From NCBI GenBank assembly GCA_003280495.1, contig QCET01000003.1, positions 9,208 through 73,207 on the forward strand: DNA of 64,000 nucleotides, written 5' to 3'. The position numbers were made by a program, and so were the translations under genes. This DNA is from Pelagibacteraceae bacterium AG-359-E06 (GTDB lineage: Bacteria; Pseudomonadota; Alphaproteobacteria; Pelagibacterales; Pelagibacteraceae). Shown piece by piece: positions 42,657 through 53,903 of this stretch; position 1 is the stretch's first letter; each line of letters opens with the position of its first letter. Under the pieces are notes generated by a model. That model did no database searches. It had not been told where the DNA came from and worked only from the letters and a program-made list of their open reading frames with translations.

Positions 42657-44561
42657 ATGAGCAAACTTTTAGATAAAATTAATTTTCCTAGTGATCTGAG
42701 GTTATTAGATAGAAGCCAATTACCACAACTTGCGGATGAACTAAGAAAAGAACTTATAAGTGCAGTTTCTGAAACTGGTGGACACCTTGGTGCAGGTTTA
42801 GGAGTTATTGAATTGACAATAGCACTGCATTATATGTTTGATACTCCAAAAGATAGATTAATTTGGGATGTAGGACATCAAGCCTACCCGCATAAAATTT
42901 TAACGGGAAGAAAAGATAGAATAAGAACTTTAAGACAGGGTGGAGGTTTATCTGGTTTTACAAAAAGATCTGAGAGTAATTATGATCCTTTTGGAGCTGC
43001 GCATAGTTCAACATCTATCTCGGCTGGCCTTGGAATGTCAGTTGCAAGAGATATTGAAGGAAAAACAAATAATATAATTTCAGTAATCGGCGATGGAGCA
43101 ATGAGTGCGGGTATGGCGTACGAAGCAATGAATAATGCAGGGTCAATGGACTCTCGATTGATTGTTATATTAAATGATAATGATATGTCCATCGCACCGC
43201 CTGTTGGTGCAATGAGCTCTTACCTTGCAAAATTATTATCCGGAAAAAGTTACATAGGATTTAGAGAAATGTTTAAAAAACTTGCTGATAAATTTCCTTT
43301 TAAATTAAAAAAAACAATTGGACAAGCTGAGGAATACTTAAGGGGTTTAGCAACAGGCGGAACGTTATTTGAAGAAATGGGTTTCTTTTATGTTGGTCCA
43401 ATTAATGGACATAAATTTGAGGATCTAATTCCAGTTTTAGAAAATGTTAAAAATTCAAAACATAATGGGCCATTTTTAATTCATGCAATCACACAAAAAG
43501 GTAAAGGCTATAAACCTGCAGAAGAATCAGCTGATAAATATCATGGTGTTAAAAAATTTAATCCAGCAACAGGGGAGCAGAAAAAAAGCAATTCAAATGT
43601 TATGTCCTATCAAAATGTATTTGGCGAAACTTTAAGTAAGCACGCAGATTTAGATGATAAAATTGTTGCTATTACTGCTGCTATGCCAGATGGTACTGGT
43701 GTAAATATTTTTAACAAAAAATTCCCAAAAAGATCTTTTGATGTAGGAATAGCAGAACAACATGCAGTAACATTCGCAGCTGGGCTGGCTACCGAAGGTT
43801 TCAAGCCTTATGCTGCAATTTATTCAACTTTCTTGCAAAGAGCCTACGATCAGGTTGTGCATGATGTTGCAATACAAAAATTACCAGTCAGATTTGCAAT
43901 TGATAGGGCCGGTTTGGTTGGTGCTGATGGAGCAACTCATGCTGGCTCATTTGACATTACTTACTTAAGTACACTTCCCAATTTTATTGTAATGGCACCT
44001 AGTAATGAAGCAGAACTAGTCAGAATGGTTAATACAAGCGTACATATAAATGACCGACCATGTGCTTTTAGATATCCTAGGGGTAATGGATTTGGTTATG
44101 AATTGCCAAGCCTAGACGATACTGTTGAAATCGGAAAAGGCAAGATAATAGGCGAAGGTGACAAAGTATGTATCTTAAATTTTGGTGCAAGATTAGAGGA
44201 ATGTAAATTGGCTATAAATAAATTAAAAGCTAAAGGTATTAATCCAACATTAGTTGATGCTAGATTTGCCAAACCTCTTGATGAAAAATTAGTTTTGGAT
44301 TGTGCAAGAAATCACGAAGTATTTATTACTATTGAAGAGGGTTCAATAGGTGGTTTTGGTTCTCACGTTTCTTATTTACTATCAAGTAAAGGTTTATTTG
44401 ATAAAGGCTTAAAGTTTAGAAATATGATATTACCTGATCGATTTATTGATCAGGATACTCCAGAGTCTATGTATGCTGCTGCAGGTTTAAATGCCGATGA
44501 TATTTGTAATAAAATTCAGGACGTTTTATTTAATAAAGATAATATTAAAATTATAAAATAA
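42657..44561 (+). CDS. dxs: 1-deoxy-D-xylulose-5-phosphate synthase
   Basis: [29 protein letters not shown], 634 aa. Confidence 0.96.
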   Translation: MSKLLDKINFPSDLRLLDRSQLPQLADELRKELISAVSETGGHLGAGLGVIELTIALHYMFDTPKDRLIWDVGHQAYPHKILTGRKDRIRTLRQGGGLSGFTKRSESNYDPFGAAHSSTSISAGLGMSVARDIEGKTNNIISVIGDGAMSAGMAYEAMNNAGSMDSRLIVILNDNDMSIAPPVGAMSSYLAKLLSGKSYIGFREMFKKLADKFPFKLKKTIGQAEEYLRGLATGGTLFEEMGFFYVGPINGHKFEDLIPVLENVKNSKHNGPFLIHAITQKGKGYKPAEESADKYHGVKKFNPATGEQKKSNSNVMSYQNVFGETLSKHADLDDKIVAITAAMPDGTGVNIFNKKFPKRSFDVGIAEQHAVTFAAGLATEGFKPYAAIYSTFLQRAYDQVVHDVAIQKLPVRFAIDRAGLVGADGATHAGSFDITYLSTLPNFIVMAPSNEAELVRMVNTSVHINDRPCAFRYPRGNGFGYELPSLDDTVEIGKGKIIGEGDKVCILNFGARLEECKLAINKLKAKGINPTLVDARFAKPLDEKLVLDCARNHEVFITIEEGSIGGFGSHVSYLLSSKGLFDKGLKFRNMILPDRFIDQDTPESMYAAAGLNADDICNKIQDVLFNKDNIKIIK

Positions 44562-45299
44562 TTACCTAGTATCCCAAGGATTTTTAATTTTTCTTTCTTT
44601 TTTTTCTGGTACCTTTTTTATAGGTCTGGGTTTAACTCTCCTATTGAAAAATAAAATTGCTATAACGCCAAATATAAAGCCACCAATATGCGCACCATAA
44701 GCAACTCCACCACCCTCTGAAGATGAGAGCGCAGAACTTACAAATTGCAGGACAAACCAGAAACCTAAAACATATATTGCTGGTATTTTTACTATTTGGG
44801 AAAAGAAGCCCAAAGGTATTAAGACCAAAACTTTAGCTTTAGGATGATTTACAATATATGCACCAAGCACCCCACCAATAGCTCCACTTGCTCCAACCAT
44901 TGGTATAAAAGAATCGGTATTCATATAAACTTGAGTTAATGCTGCAGCTATTCCAGATAAAATATAAAAAATTAAAAATTTAGTAGGACCCAACTCATCT
45001 TCAATGTTGTCTGCAAAAATCCACATGTAAAGCATGTTACCAATTAAGTGCATGAAACCTCCATGCATAAACATCGATGTAATTAGTGTAAAAGATGCAG
45101 GCACAGCATACGCCTCTTGAGGTAGCAAAACTTTACCTGTAAGGACTGCCGGTATGACCCCATAAGAATAGAACAAGGTTCCAGTATTGTAACCTGGAGA
45201 TGATAACTCTAAAATAAATACAAAAATACAAATACCGATAATACAATAAGTTATTATTGGCCTGCTACTAGTTGGATTGTCATCTTTTAAAGGTATCAC
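44562..45299 (-). CDS. rhomboid-family intramembrane serine protease
   Basis: HLIGNMLYMW, catalytic GASGAIGGVLGAY, and a downstream AHIGG histidine. Polytopic. Confidence 0.85.
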   Translation of the reverse strand: MIPLKDDNPTSSRPIITYCIIGICIFVFILELSSPGYNTGTLFYSYGVIPAVLTGKVLLPQEAYAVPASFTLITSMFMHGGFMHLIGNMLYMWIFADNIEDELGPTKFLIFYILSGIAAALTQVYMNTDSFIPMVGASGAIGGVLGAYIVNHPKAKVLVLIPLGFFSQIVKIPAIYVLGFWFVLQFVSSALSSSEGGGVAYGAHIGGFIFGVIAILFFNRRVKPRPIKKVPEKKERKIKNPWDTR

Positions 45300-46385
45300 T
45301 TAACTTCCACATTGAGCTTTGTTCATTAAATAATGATCTAATAAAACACAAGCTAACATTGCTTCACCAATAGGAACTGCTCTTATACCAACACATGGAT
45401 CGTGTCTTCCACGCACAGAAATATTAGTGTTCTTTCCTTTTTTATCTATAGTTTGTCTTGAGTTTAATATCGATGACGTTGGTTTTACTGCAAATGAGCA
45501 GACAATATCCTGACCAGATGATATTCCACCCAAGATACCTCCGGCTTTATTTGTTTTAAATTTTGTTTTCCCTTTTTTTATTCTCATTTCATCTGAGTTT
45601 AATTCACCTGTTAAACTTGCTACATCACTACCTGCTCCAATATTTACAGATTTTACTGCATTTATACTCATCAAAGCCGACGCAATATCAGCATCAAGTT
45701 TTGAGTAGATAGGAGCGCCTAATCCTAAAGGAATACCTTTAGCTCTCAATTCAATCATCGCGCCTGCCGAGCTTCCAGCTTTTCTAATATCTAATAAATA
45801 TCTTTCATAAATTGGGACCACTTTTTTATCTGGCGAAAAGAATGGATTTCTTCTAATTTCTTTATCACTCCAATTTTTTGGATTATAAAATACAGGACCT
45901 ATTTGTGTTACACCGCCAATAATATTAAATTTTTTACCAAGAAGTTTTGATAAAACTTTTTTAGCAATTGCACCCGCAGCGACTCTTGACGCTGTTTCCC
46001 TCGCAGACTGGCGACCACCGCCCCTATAATCTCTAATTCCATATTTTTTAAAATAAGTATAGTCTGCATGTCCAGGTCTAAATTTATTTTTAATTGTTTC
46101 GTAATCTCTGGATTTTTGATCTTTGTTATAAATGATTAAAGCGATAGGCGTGCCTGTAGACTTACCCTCAAATACACCTGACAAGATCTGTACTTTATCA
46201 TCCTCTTTCCGTTGAGTTGTGTATTTTGACTGTCCAGGTTTCCTTCTATTTAAGTCCTTCTGAATGTCACTTTCTTTTATTTCAACATTTGGAGGGCATC
46301 CATCTACTATACATCCTATTGCAGGACCATGAGATTCACCCCATGTTGTAAATCTAAACATTTTCCCAAAAGTATTGTATGACAT
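45300..46385 (-). CDS. aroC: chorismate synthase
   Basis: [32 protein letters not shown]. Confidence 0.96.
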   Translation of the reverse strand: MSYNTFGKMFRFTTWGESHGPAIGCIVDGCPPNVEIKESDIQKDLNRRKPGQSKYTTQRKEDDKVQILSGVFEGKSTGTPIALIIYNKDQKSRDYETIKNKFRPGHADYTYFKKYGIRDYRGGGRQSARETASRVAAGAIAKKVLSKLLGKKFNIIGGVTQIGPVFYNPKNWSDKEIRRNPFFSPDKKVVPIYERYLLDIRKAGSSAGAMIELRAKGIPLGLGAPIYSKLDADIASALMSINAVKSVNIGAGSDVASLTGELNSDEMRIKKGKTKFKTNKAGGILGGISSGQDIVCSFAVKPTSSILNSRQTIDKKGKNTNISVRGRHDPCVGIRAVPIGEAMLACVLLDHYLMNKAQCGS

Positions 46386-46418
46386 TAAATATATTATATA
46401 GGTTATTTTGGCTTAATT

Positions 46419-47036
46419 ATGAATCAAAAACTTGGATTACATGAATGTTTTTTAAATGAGGATGATCCTTATATTTTATTCGATGCATGGATGAAAGAAG
46501 CAGAAAAATCAGAACCAAACGATCCAAATGCCTTTTCAGTAGCGACGTCCGACTCATCTGGACAACCAGATGTTAGAATGGTCCTTCTCAAAGGAATAAG
46601 TAAAACGGGTTTCATTTTCTACACAAATTTAGAAGGTAAAAAAGGTAAAGATTTAAAAGCAAATCCAAAAGCATCTATGTGTTTTCATTGGAAATCTTTA
46701 TTAAGACAAATAAGAGTTAAGGGAAGTGTTAAGTTGGTAGATGATACGGTTGCAGACAAGTATTATAATTCAAGATCGTACGGCAGTAGAATAGGAGCTT
46801 GGGCATCTAAACAATCTTCAACTATGACCTCTAGAGATGAGTTTGAAAAAAGGATTAAACAATTTGAGACCAAATATCCAGATCAAAACAACGTGCCAAG
46901 ACCTCCTTATTGGTCTGGTTGGGAAATAAGTCCAGTCGAAATTGAATTTTGGTTAGATGTAAAGGATAGATTACACCAAAGATTAAGATATAAATTCAAT
47001 AGCGGTAGCTGGAGTAAAGAGATTCTTTATCCTTGA
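46419..47036 (+). CDS. pdxH: pyridoxamine 5'-phosphate oxidase
   Basis: PDVRMVLLKG, FYTNLEGKKGKDL, RQIRVKG, and C-terminal RLHQRLRY. Confidence 0.92.
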   Translation: MNQKLGLHECFLNEDDPYILFDAWMKEAEKSEPNDPNAFSVATSDSSGQPDVRMVLLKGISKTGFIFYTNLEGKKGKDLKANPKASMCFHWKSLLRQIRVKGSVKLVDDTVADKYYNSRSYGSRIGAWASKQSSTMTSRDEFEKRIKQFETKYPDQNNVPRPPYWSGWEISPVEIEFWLDVKDRLHQRLRYKFNSGSWSKEILYP

Positions 47037-47806
47037 TCGTTTGCTTTTTTAATCCTTTTATAAATTTTTTTTAATTGCAAATTTAATTGTTTGTAAAGAT
47101 TTTTTTTACTTAAAGCATTTAGCATTTGTTGGTTAATCCCTTTCTTTGTTTGCAAGTCAGAGACCACTTTTTTAAAATTATATTTTTCATGCTTTATTAG
47201 TTCATTTAGCCCTGCAGAAAATTCATACAAATATTCTCCAGCATTAATTTTATCTACTTTATTTTTAACTAAATATTTATGTAGTTCAGCTAAAAAATTT
47301 GCATAAGTTGCCATCGTGGCAGTCATAACCCAGAAATGATCATTTTGTTTCTCATTTTTAGGATTAACTACTAAGCCAAGTTTTTTAAAAAAATTATTAA
47401 TATTTTTATTTTTTGGATAAATAATAGTTGGACTTTTGCAGCTCGATGCAAATGGTAAAGGTCCAGCTTTAAAAATATTTTTTGAAGGATTGCAAGATTT
47501 TTTTATTTCCCTCAAGCTGATGGTTGAAACTAAACTTATCACAATATGTTTTTTTCTAAATTTTAGTTTTTGTAATTCATTTCTTGCAACTTTGGGTGTT
47601 AAACAAATAAAAACCCACTTACTACTATTGATAATATCTTGGTTGTTTTCATAAATTTTAATTTTCTTTGATTTGTTTTTTAAAAATCTTGAATTTTTGA
47701 CATTTCTTTTTGAAATTATAATTTGATTAAACTTAGTTTTTGACTTAAGTAATCCCTCAATAATAGATGAGGTTATTTTTCCAGTTCCTAAAAATCCTAA
47801 CTTCAT
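47027..47806 (-). CDS. pyrroline-5-carboxylate reductase-family NAD(P) oxidoreductase (ProC-like)
   Basis: MKLGFLGTGKITSSII Rossmann start, about 260 aa, C-terminal TKKGINQQML resembling the P5CR dimerisation motif. Divergent overall. Confidence 0.5.
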   Translation of the reverse strand: MKLGFLGTGKITSSIIEGLLKSKTKFNQIIISKRNVKNSRFLKNKSKKIKIYENNQDIINSSKWVFICLTPKVARNELQKLKFRKKHIVISLVSTISLREIKKSCNPSKNIFKAGPLPFASSCKSPTIIYPKNKNINNFFKKLGLVVNPKNEKQNDHFWVMTATMATYANFLAELHKYLVKNKVDKINAGEYLYEFSAGLNELIKHEKYNFKKVVSDLQTKKGINQQMLNALSKKNLYKQLNLQLKKIYKRIKKANDQG

Positions 47807-47835
47807 TTTAAAAGTATTTAAACTAAAGATAAAAT

Positions 47836-48684
47836 ATGTCCAATTATAAAATACCAGGTTATTTAATAGTGGCTTTGGGTGGCCTTTTTTTAAGTACTGG
47901 TGGTACTATTTTTAAGTCATTTAATGTTACAGACGTATGGACGATTTACTTTTGGAGGTCACTTTTTTTTGTACCTGCTGTTCTGATATTTTTAGCACTA
48001 TCAAATAAAACAATATCTATATCTAAACAATTCATGGGACTTGGATTTTCAGGTGTCGCTTGTAGTTTATTATTTGCAACTAGTAGCGCCTCTTACATGT
48101 TCGCTATGAAATATACAACAGTCGCAAATGTTTTGTTTATAATTGGAACACAAACTTTTTTTTTAGCAATTGCTGGATATTTTTTTTTAAAAGAAAAAAT
48201 TAATGTTTCGACAGCCATTGCTATTTTATTGGCTGCTGTTGGTATTTACGTAATGATAGGAACAAAAATTTCAGGTGGTACTTTATTAGGTAACAGCATA
48301 GCTTTTATTATTCCATTCGCATTTACAATTATTGTAATTTTAATAAGAAAATTTAAAGAAACCGACATGGTTCCCGCGGTTGCTATGTCAGGAATTTTTG
48401 GATTAATACTTGGTTTTTTTCTGAGTGAAAATTTAATGATAGATTTTCATGATCTAATACTTGCATTCTTTTTTGGTGCCCTACAATATGCGCCAGGATT
48501 TATTTGTATGACAATTGGATCTAAAACTACTCCAGCAGCCAAGGTTGGAATTTTCACTTTTACAGAAGCTTTGGCAGGTCCAATTTGGGCGTGGATTTTT
48601 ATTTCTGAAACACCACCACTAGGTGTATTTATTGGAGGTGCGATGATTTTCGTTGCTCTTTTACTAAAAACATACAAATCTTAG
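47836..48684 (+). CDS. EamA/DMT-family transporter (10 TM)
   Basis: Two tandem 5-TM EamA-like halves. Substrate unknown. Confidence 0.8.
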   Translation: MSNYKIPGYLIVALGGLFLSTGGTIFKSFNVTDVWTIYFWRSLFFVPAVLIFLALSNKTISISKQFMGLGFSGVACSLLFATSSASYMFAMKYTTVANVLFIIGTQTFFLAIAGYFFLKEKINVSTAIAILLAAVGIYVMIGTKISGGTLLGNSIAFIIPFAFTIIVILIRKFKETDMVPAVAMSGIFGLILGFFLSENLMIDFHDLILAFFFGALQYAPGFICMTIGSKTTPAAKVGIFTFTEALAGPIWAWIFISETPPLGVFIGGAMIFVALLLKTYKS

Positions 48685-48696
48685 CTATATTTCAGT

Positions 48697-48725
48697 TTGA
48701 CTAATTACAAACTTTGTTAGAGAAT
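48697..48725 (+). promoter_or_regulatory. candidate sigma-70 promoter for the gcv leader
   Basis: TTGACT (48697-48702), 17-nt spacer, GAGAAT (48720-48725), just upstream of riboswitch P1. Chance matches are likely in AT-rich DNA. Confidence 0.3.
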
Positions 48726-48732
48726 TGGATTC

Positions 48733-48873
48733 GTACGGGAGAGACTATCTTTATAGCGCCGAAGGAGCAAGAAGCCCAGGAAACTCTCAGGCAAAAGGAC
48801 CGTGCTAAAATAAACTCTGGAAAGCGAACTTTAAGTTCCACCGAAGGAGCAAATCTCTCAGGTAAACAGACAG
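48733..48873 (+). promoter_or_regulatory. tandem glycine riboswitch (two aptamers)
   Basis: Aptamer 1: P1 GTACGG...CCGTGC enclosing GGAGAG...CGCCGAAGGAGCAA...CTCTCAGGCAAAAGGAC. Aptamer 2: CTCTGGAAAG...CACCGAAGGAGCAA...CTCTCAGGTAAACAGACAG. It lies directly upstream of gcvT. Confidence 0.9.
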
Positions 48874-50004
48874 ATGGGTAAAAAGAGTTTATTTATGAGT
48901 CAAAGTGCAGAAAAAATTCAAGAGTTAAAAACTGCGTTGCACAGTTTTCATTTGTCTAATGGAGGAAAGATGGTACCGTTTGCCGGTTATGAAATGCCTG
49001 TACAATATTTAGAAGGCATTATGAATGAACACAAGCATGTTAGATTAAAAGCAGGAATTTTTGATGTATCTCACATGGGTCAATTTTCAATAAAATGTGA
49101 TGAGAAAGAATACAAAAAATTAGAAGAAATAATTCCAATTGACCTAAGTTCTTTGAAGATGCATCAGTCAAAATATTCAGTACTTATGAATAAAAATGGT
49201 GGAATTGATGATGACCTAATAGTAACTAAGGTAAATGACGGACTAAATATTGTTCTTAATGCTGCATGTAAACATAACGATGTTAAACGTATTCATGAGG
49301 TTATAAATCAAAAAAATACAAAATTACATGAAGATTTATCTTTGATAGCTTTTCAAGGTCCAAAAGCTGCTTCAATTTTAGAAACATTAGTTCCCGGGGT
49401 TAAAGACTTAAAATTTATGAACGGAAATTCATATAACTATGATAATGAAAAATTATTTATTAACAGATCAGGTTATACCGGTGAAGACGGGTATGAAATT
49501 TCATTACCGAATAAATTAGTTGAAAAATTTTGTAAAAAGCTCTTAGAAGACAAAGATGTTAAGCTCATTGGGCTTGGGGCAAGAGACTCTTTAAGGCTGG
49601 AAGCGGGTTTATGTCTTTATGGTCATGACTTAGATCCAAAAACTACGCCTATCGAAGGTAGTTTGTCATGGGCTTTGTCAAAAAAGCATAAGAGCGAAAG
49701 ATCTTTTTTAGGCTCTGAAATAGTTTTAAAACAAATTAAAGATGGAACAAAAAAAAAACGAGTTGGTATTAAACCTGAAAAAATAATTGCCAGAGAAGGT
49801 TCAAAAATATTTATTAACAATGAAGAAGTTGGCGTAATAACCAGTGGAGGTTTTGGTCCTAGCGTAAATGGTCCAATAGCTATGGGATATATAAAAACTG
49901 AGTTTGCTGAAGTAGGAAAAGATGTAGATCTTGAGGTCAGGGGAAAAAAACACAGGGCAAAAATACATACTTTGCCCTTTTATAAAAAAAGTTATGTAAA
50001 ATAG
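48874..50004 (+). CDS. gcvT: glycine cleavage system aminomethyltransferase (T protein)
   Basis: VPFAGYEMPVQY and GIFDVSHMG. The start is ambiguous. ATG 48874 directly abuts aptamer 2. ATG 48895 is the next in-frame ATG. Confidence 0.93.
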   Translation: MGKKSLFMSQSAEKIQELKTALHSFHLSNGGKMVPFAGYEMPVQYLEGIMNEHKHVRLKAGIFDVSHMGQFSIKCDEKEYKKLEEIIPIDLSSLKMHQSKYSVLMNKNGGIDDDLIVTKVNDGLNIVLNAACKHNDVKRIHEVINQKNTKLHEDLSLIAFQGPKAASILETLVPGVKDLKFMNGNSYNYDNEKLFINRSGYTGEDGYEISLPNKLVEKFCKKLLEDKDVKLIGLGARDSLRLEAGLCLYGHDLDPKTTPIEGSLSWALSKKHKSERSFLGSEIVLKQIKDGTKKKRVGIKPEKIIAREGSKIFINNEEVGVITSGGFGPSVNGPIAMGYIKTEFAEVGKDVDLEVRGKKHRAKIHTLPFYKKSYVK

Positions 50005-50015
50005 GAGGTATACGT

Positions 50016-50396
50016 ATGAGTGAAAAAAAATATTCAAAAAAACATGAATGGGTAGAGCTTGAAGGTGATGTTGCAACTGTAGGAATAACTGCTCACGCAG
50101 CAAAACAGCTTGGTGATATTGTATTTACAGAGGTACCCGATAAAGGCAAGAAAATTGAAGCTGGTAATGAAGCTGCAGTTGTTGAGTCTGTTAAAGCAGC
50201 AAGTGATGTTTATTCTCCAATTGGTGGAGAAGTTGTTGAGACAAATAGTTCAATTGTTTCTGACCCATCATTAGTTAATAAGGATCCAGAGAATGCAGGT
50301 TGGTTTTTTAAAATTAAAGTGACAAATAAAAGCGAAATTGACACATTAATGAATAAAAATGATTATGAAAAGTATGCTACGGAGAACCCAAATTAA
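50016..50396 (+). CDS. gcvH: glycine cleavage system H protein
   Basis: Lipoyl-lysine context [14 protein letters not shown]. Strong AGGAGG at 50003-50008. Confidence 0.95.
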   Translation: MSEKKYSKKHEWVELEGDVATVGITAHAAKQLGDIVFTEVPDKGKKIEAGNEAAVVESVKAASDVYSPIGGEVVETNSSIVSDPSLVNKDPENAGWFFKIKVTNKSEIDTLMNKNDYEKYATENPN

Positions 50397-53263
50397 TGAG
50401 TGATAATAGATCAATAGAATTTATACAAAGACATATTGGTCCTTCTGAAGACGACCAAAATAAAATGTTGTCTTATCTAGGCCATTCATCAATGGAAGAA
50501 TTTATAAACAAGATTGTTCCTCAGAAAATTATAGAAACAAAAAATTTAAAACTAGACTCATCTGTATCTGAAAATGATGCTTTAACGAAATTAAAATCTA
50601 TAGCAAAGCAAAATAAAGTTTTTAAAAGCTATATTGGAATGGGATACTACGGCACATATACGCCAAATGTAATTCTTAGAAATATATTAGAAAATCCAGG
50701 TTGGTACACTGCTTATACTCCTTATCAACCAGAAGTCGCTCAAGGAAGATTAGAAATGTTATTGAATTTTCAACAAATGGTCATTGATTTGACTAAAATG
50801 GATATTGCTAACGCTTCTTTACTAGATGAAAGCACGGCTGCGGGCGAGGCGGTGGCATTGTGCCAAAGAATCGATAAAAATAAATTGAATACAATATTCA
50901 TATCAGAAAATTGTAACCCGCAAACAATTGATGTTGTTAAAACTAGAGCAGAACCTTTTGGTTTAAAAGTAATAATAGATAAAGATCAAAATATAAAAAA
51001 AATCGATACCGACTTGCTATGTGCAATATTTCAATATCCAAACACTTACGGTCAAATAGAAAACGTAGACCAATATATAAATCATACTCATGACAAAAAA
51101 GGTAAAGCAATTATAGTCACCGACCTACTTGCTTTAACATGTTTGAAGCCTCCTGGTGAGATGGACGCAGACATAGTTGTAGGAAATTCGCAAAGATTTG
51201 GAATTCCAATGGGTTATGGCGGCCCACATGCAGCTTTTTTTGCAACAAAAGATGAATTTAAAAGAGCAATGCCAGGAAGAATAATTGGAGTATCAATTGA
51301 TAGAAATAAAGATCAGGCACTCAGAATGGCTTTACAAACTCGAGAGCAGCATATCAGGAGAGAAAAAGCTACAAGTAATATCTGTACAGCTCAAGCCTTA
51401 CTTTCAATAATGGCAGCCGCGTACGGTATTTATCATGGGCCGAAGGGAATATTGCATATTGGACAACGTACGACTAAATTTGCAAATTTATTTTACAATA
51501 ATATAAAGAAAAAATTTAAAATTTTATCGAATAATTTTTTTGACACGGTAACAATAATTACCGGTAAGAAAACGAAAGCTCTTCTAAAGCAAGCTCAAAA
51601 AAATCAAATTAATTTAAGAGAAATCGATAAAAATTCTATATCCGTTTCTTTCGACGAGACTACCACAGTTGACGATTTAAATTTATTATTAAAAGTGTTT
51701 GGTATTAAATCTAAGTTAAATAATTTAGAAAAAGCTAAGATAAATTCTATTCCAGATACTTTAAAACGATCATCAAAATTTTTAACACACGAAATATTCA
51801 ACAGTTTCCACTCAGAAACCGAAATGTTAAGGTATTTAAAATCATTAGAGGATAAAGATATTGCACTTAATAGATCAATGATTGCGCTTGGGTCTTGTAC
51901 AATGAAATTAAATGCAGTAGCTGAAATGATACCTGTAACTTGGCCTGAATTTGGATCAATCCATCCTTTCGCTCCTGTTGAACAAGCCAAAGGTTACATG
52001 TTAATGTTTGATGATCTTAAAAAAATGTTAGCTGAAATAACGGGTTTTACGGGAATATCTTTACAACCAAACGCTGGTGCCCAAGGAGAGTATGCAGGCT
52101 TAATGGTTATTAGAAAATACCATATAGAGAGAAAAAACAAAAACAGGGATGTTTGCTTAATTCCTAGTTCAGCACACGGAACAAATCCAGCAAGCGCACA
52201 AATGGCAGGCATGAAAGTTGTTGTAATTAATTGTGATAATGAGGGCAATGTAGATTTAAATGATTTAACTAGAAAAGCTGAAGAACATTCTAAAAACTTA
52301 GCTGCTTTAATGGTGACATACCCTTCAACACATGGTGTTTTCGAAGAGCATATTAAAGAAATTTGTGCTGTTATTCATAAGCATGGAGGTCAGGTTTACA
52401 TGGATGGAGCTAACTTGAATGCATTAGTAGGACTTGCTAAGCCTGGAAAATTTGGACCTGATGTTTGTCATATGAATTTACACAAAACATTTTGTATACC
52501 GCATGGGGGAGGAGGCCCGGGTATGGGTCCAATAGGTGTAGCAAAGCATTTAAAACCATTTTTACCAAACCACAAAGTAATTAAAAAAGGTTCAGGCCCA
52601 AGTACTGGAATGGGCGCTGTTTCTGCGGCTCCATGGGGAAGCGCCAGCATTTTACCTATTTCATGGATGTATATTAATATGATGGGAGCCATAGGACTAA
52701 GAAAAGCAACCGAAGTTGCTATATTAAATGCTAATTATGTTTCAAGAAAGTTAGAGGGTTCTTATAAAACTTTATATAAAGGGAAAAATGATTTAGTTGC
52801 ACATGAATGCATAATTGATTTTAGACCAATAAAAGCGGAGTCAGGGATCTCAGAAGAAGATATTGCAAAAAGGATGATTGACTATGGTTTTCATGCACCA
52901 ACAATGTCTTGGCCAGTTGCCGGAACACTTATGATTGAACCAACTGAAAGTGAAGGACTAGCCGAACTTGATAGATTTTGCAGTGCTATGATAAATATAA
53001 AAAAAGAAATAACAATGGTACAAAATAATGTTTTTGATAAAGATGATAATCCTCTTAAAAATGCACCACATACAAATCTTGAATTATCTTCAGACTCGTG
53101 GACACATAAATATACTCGTGAGCAAGCGGCATTTCCCTTGAAATATCTAAAAGCTAACAAATTTTGGTCTCCGGTTGCACGTGTAGATAATGTACATGGA
53201 GATAGAAACTTAGTTTGCTCTTGTCCATCCCTAGAAAGTTATAGAGATGAAGAAGCTGCTTAA
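50396..53263 (+). CDS. gcvP: glycine dehydrogenase (decarboxylating), single-chain P protein
   Basis: 955 aa, PLP-lysine context [21 protein letters not shown]. Confidence 0.96.
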   Translation: MSDNRSIEFIQRHIGPSEDDQNKMLSYLGHSSMEEFINKIVPQKIIETKNLKLDSSVSENDALTKLKSIAKQNKVFKSYIGMGYYGTYTPNVILRNILENPGWYTAYTPYQPEVAQGRLEMLLNFQQMVIDLTKMDIANASLLDESTAAGEAVALCQRIDKNKLNTIFISENCNPQTIDVVKTRAEPFGLKVIIDKDQNIKKIDTDLLCAIFQYPNTYGQIENVDQYINHTHDKKGKAIIVTDLLALTCLKPPGEMDADIVVGNSQRFGIPMGYGGPHAAFFATKDEFKRAMPGRIIGVSIDRNKDQALRMALQTREQHIRREKATSNICTAQALLSIMAAAYGIYHGPKGILHIGQRTTKFANLFYNNIKKKFKILSNNFFDTVTIITGKKTKALLKQAQKNQINLREIDKNSISVSFDETTTVDDLNLLLKVFGIKSKLNNLEKAKINSIPDTLKRSSKFLTHEIFNSFHSETEMLRYLKSLEDKDIALNRSMIALGSCTMKLNAVAEMIPVTWPEFGSIHPFAPVEQAKGYMLMFDDLKKMLAEITGFTGISLQPNAGAQGEYAGLMVIRKYHIERKNKNRDVCLIPSSAHGTNPASAQMAGMKVVVINCDNEGNVDLNDLTRKAEEHSKNLAALMVTYPSTHGVFEEHIKEICAVIHKHGGQVYMDGANLNALVGLAKPGKFGPDVCHMNLHKTFCIPHGGGGPGMGPIGVAKHLKPFLPNHKVIKKGSGPSTGMGAVSAAPWGSASILPISWMYINMMGAIGLRKATEVAILNANYVSRKLEGSYKTLYKGKNDLVAHECIIDFRPIKAESGISEEDIAKRMIDYGFHAPTMSWPVAGTLMIEPTESEGLAELDRFCSAMINIKKEITMVQNNVFDKDDNPLKNAPHTNLELSSDSWTHKYTREQAAFPLKYLKANKFWSPVARVDNVHGDRNLVCSCPSLESYRDEEAA

Positions 53264-53427
53264 TGAAGGCAGAGCTTTTATATAACCCTGGCAATACTGT
53301 TTGCGATTACCTCAAAATAAAAAACGATCATAAATTTATTTTAAGATTATTTATAAATCTTGTTTATTATGGACATGTTATAGGGGCTGTAGTTTTATTA
53401 GTTGTAAGATCAAATATAAATTTGTGA
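53263..53427 (+). CDS. candidate small membrane protein (54 aa) bridging gcvP and tspO
   Basis: My own translation is [54 protein letters not shown]. The ATG overlaps the gcvP stop (TAATG). The TGA overlaps the tspO GTG (GTGA). It is below the ORF-track cut-off. Confidence 0.4.
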   Translation: MKAELLYNPGNTVCDYLKIKNDHKFILRLFINLVYYGHVIGAVVLLVVRSNINL

Positions 53428-53903
53428 CAAAAAAATACTTAAGTTTATTTATTATAACAATTATTACCCTTGGTTGTTCATATGCTTCAGCATTAGTTAC
53501 AAGAAAAAGCAATGATACTTGGTATCAATCTTTAACTAAAGCTAGCCTATCCCCACCTGATTGGGTGTTTGCTCCCGTCTGGATAACATTATATATTTTA
53601 ATGAGTATCGCTGTGTGGAAAGTTTATAATAGATTAAAGATCACCGAAATAAGCAATGCTAAAAAAATAATTAAACTTTATTATGTGCATTTACTGGTAA
53701 ACGTAACTTGGCCAATTATTTTTTTCGAATTCCAACTCATTTTTCTTGGTTTTGTAAATATTGTTATTTTGTTATTATTTATCATTCTGTTAATGAAGTC
53801 ATATTTTAATATATTAATTAATTCATTTTATTTAATGATCCCATATTTCGTTTGGGTATGCTTTGCTGGATATTTAAATTTTGAAATCTTTAGACTTAAT
53901 TAG
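53424..53903 (+). CDS. tspO: TspO/MBR family tryptophan-rich sensory protein
   Basis: WYQSLTKASLSPPDWVFAPVWITLYILMSIAVW and five TM segments. GTG start is the first canonical start in frame. Confidence 0.85.
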   Translation: MTKKYLSLFIITIITLGCSYASALVTRKSNDTWYQSLTKASLSPPDWVFAPVWITLYILMSIAVWKVYNRLKITEISNAKKIIKLYYVHLLVNVTWPIIFFEFQLIFLGFVNIVILLLFIILLMKSYFNILINSFYLMIPYFVWVCFAGYLNFEIFRLN

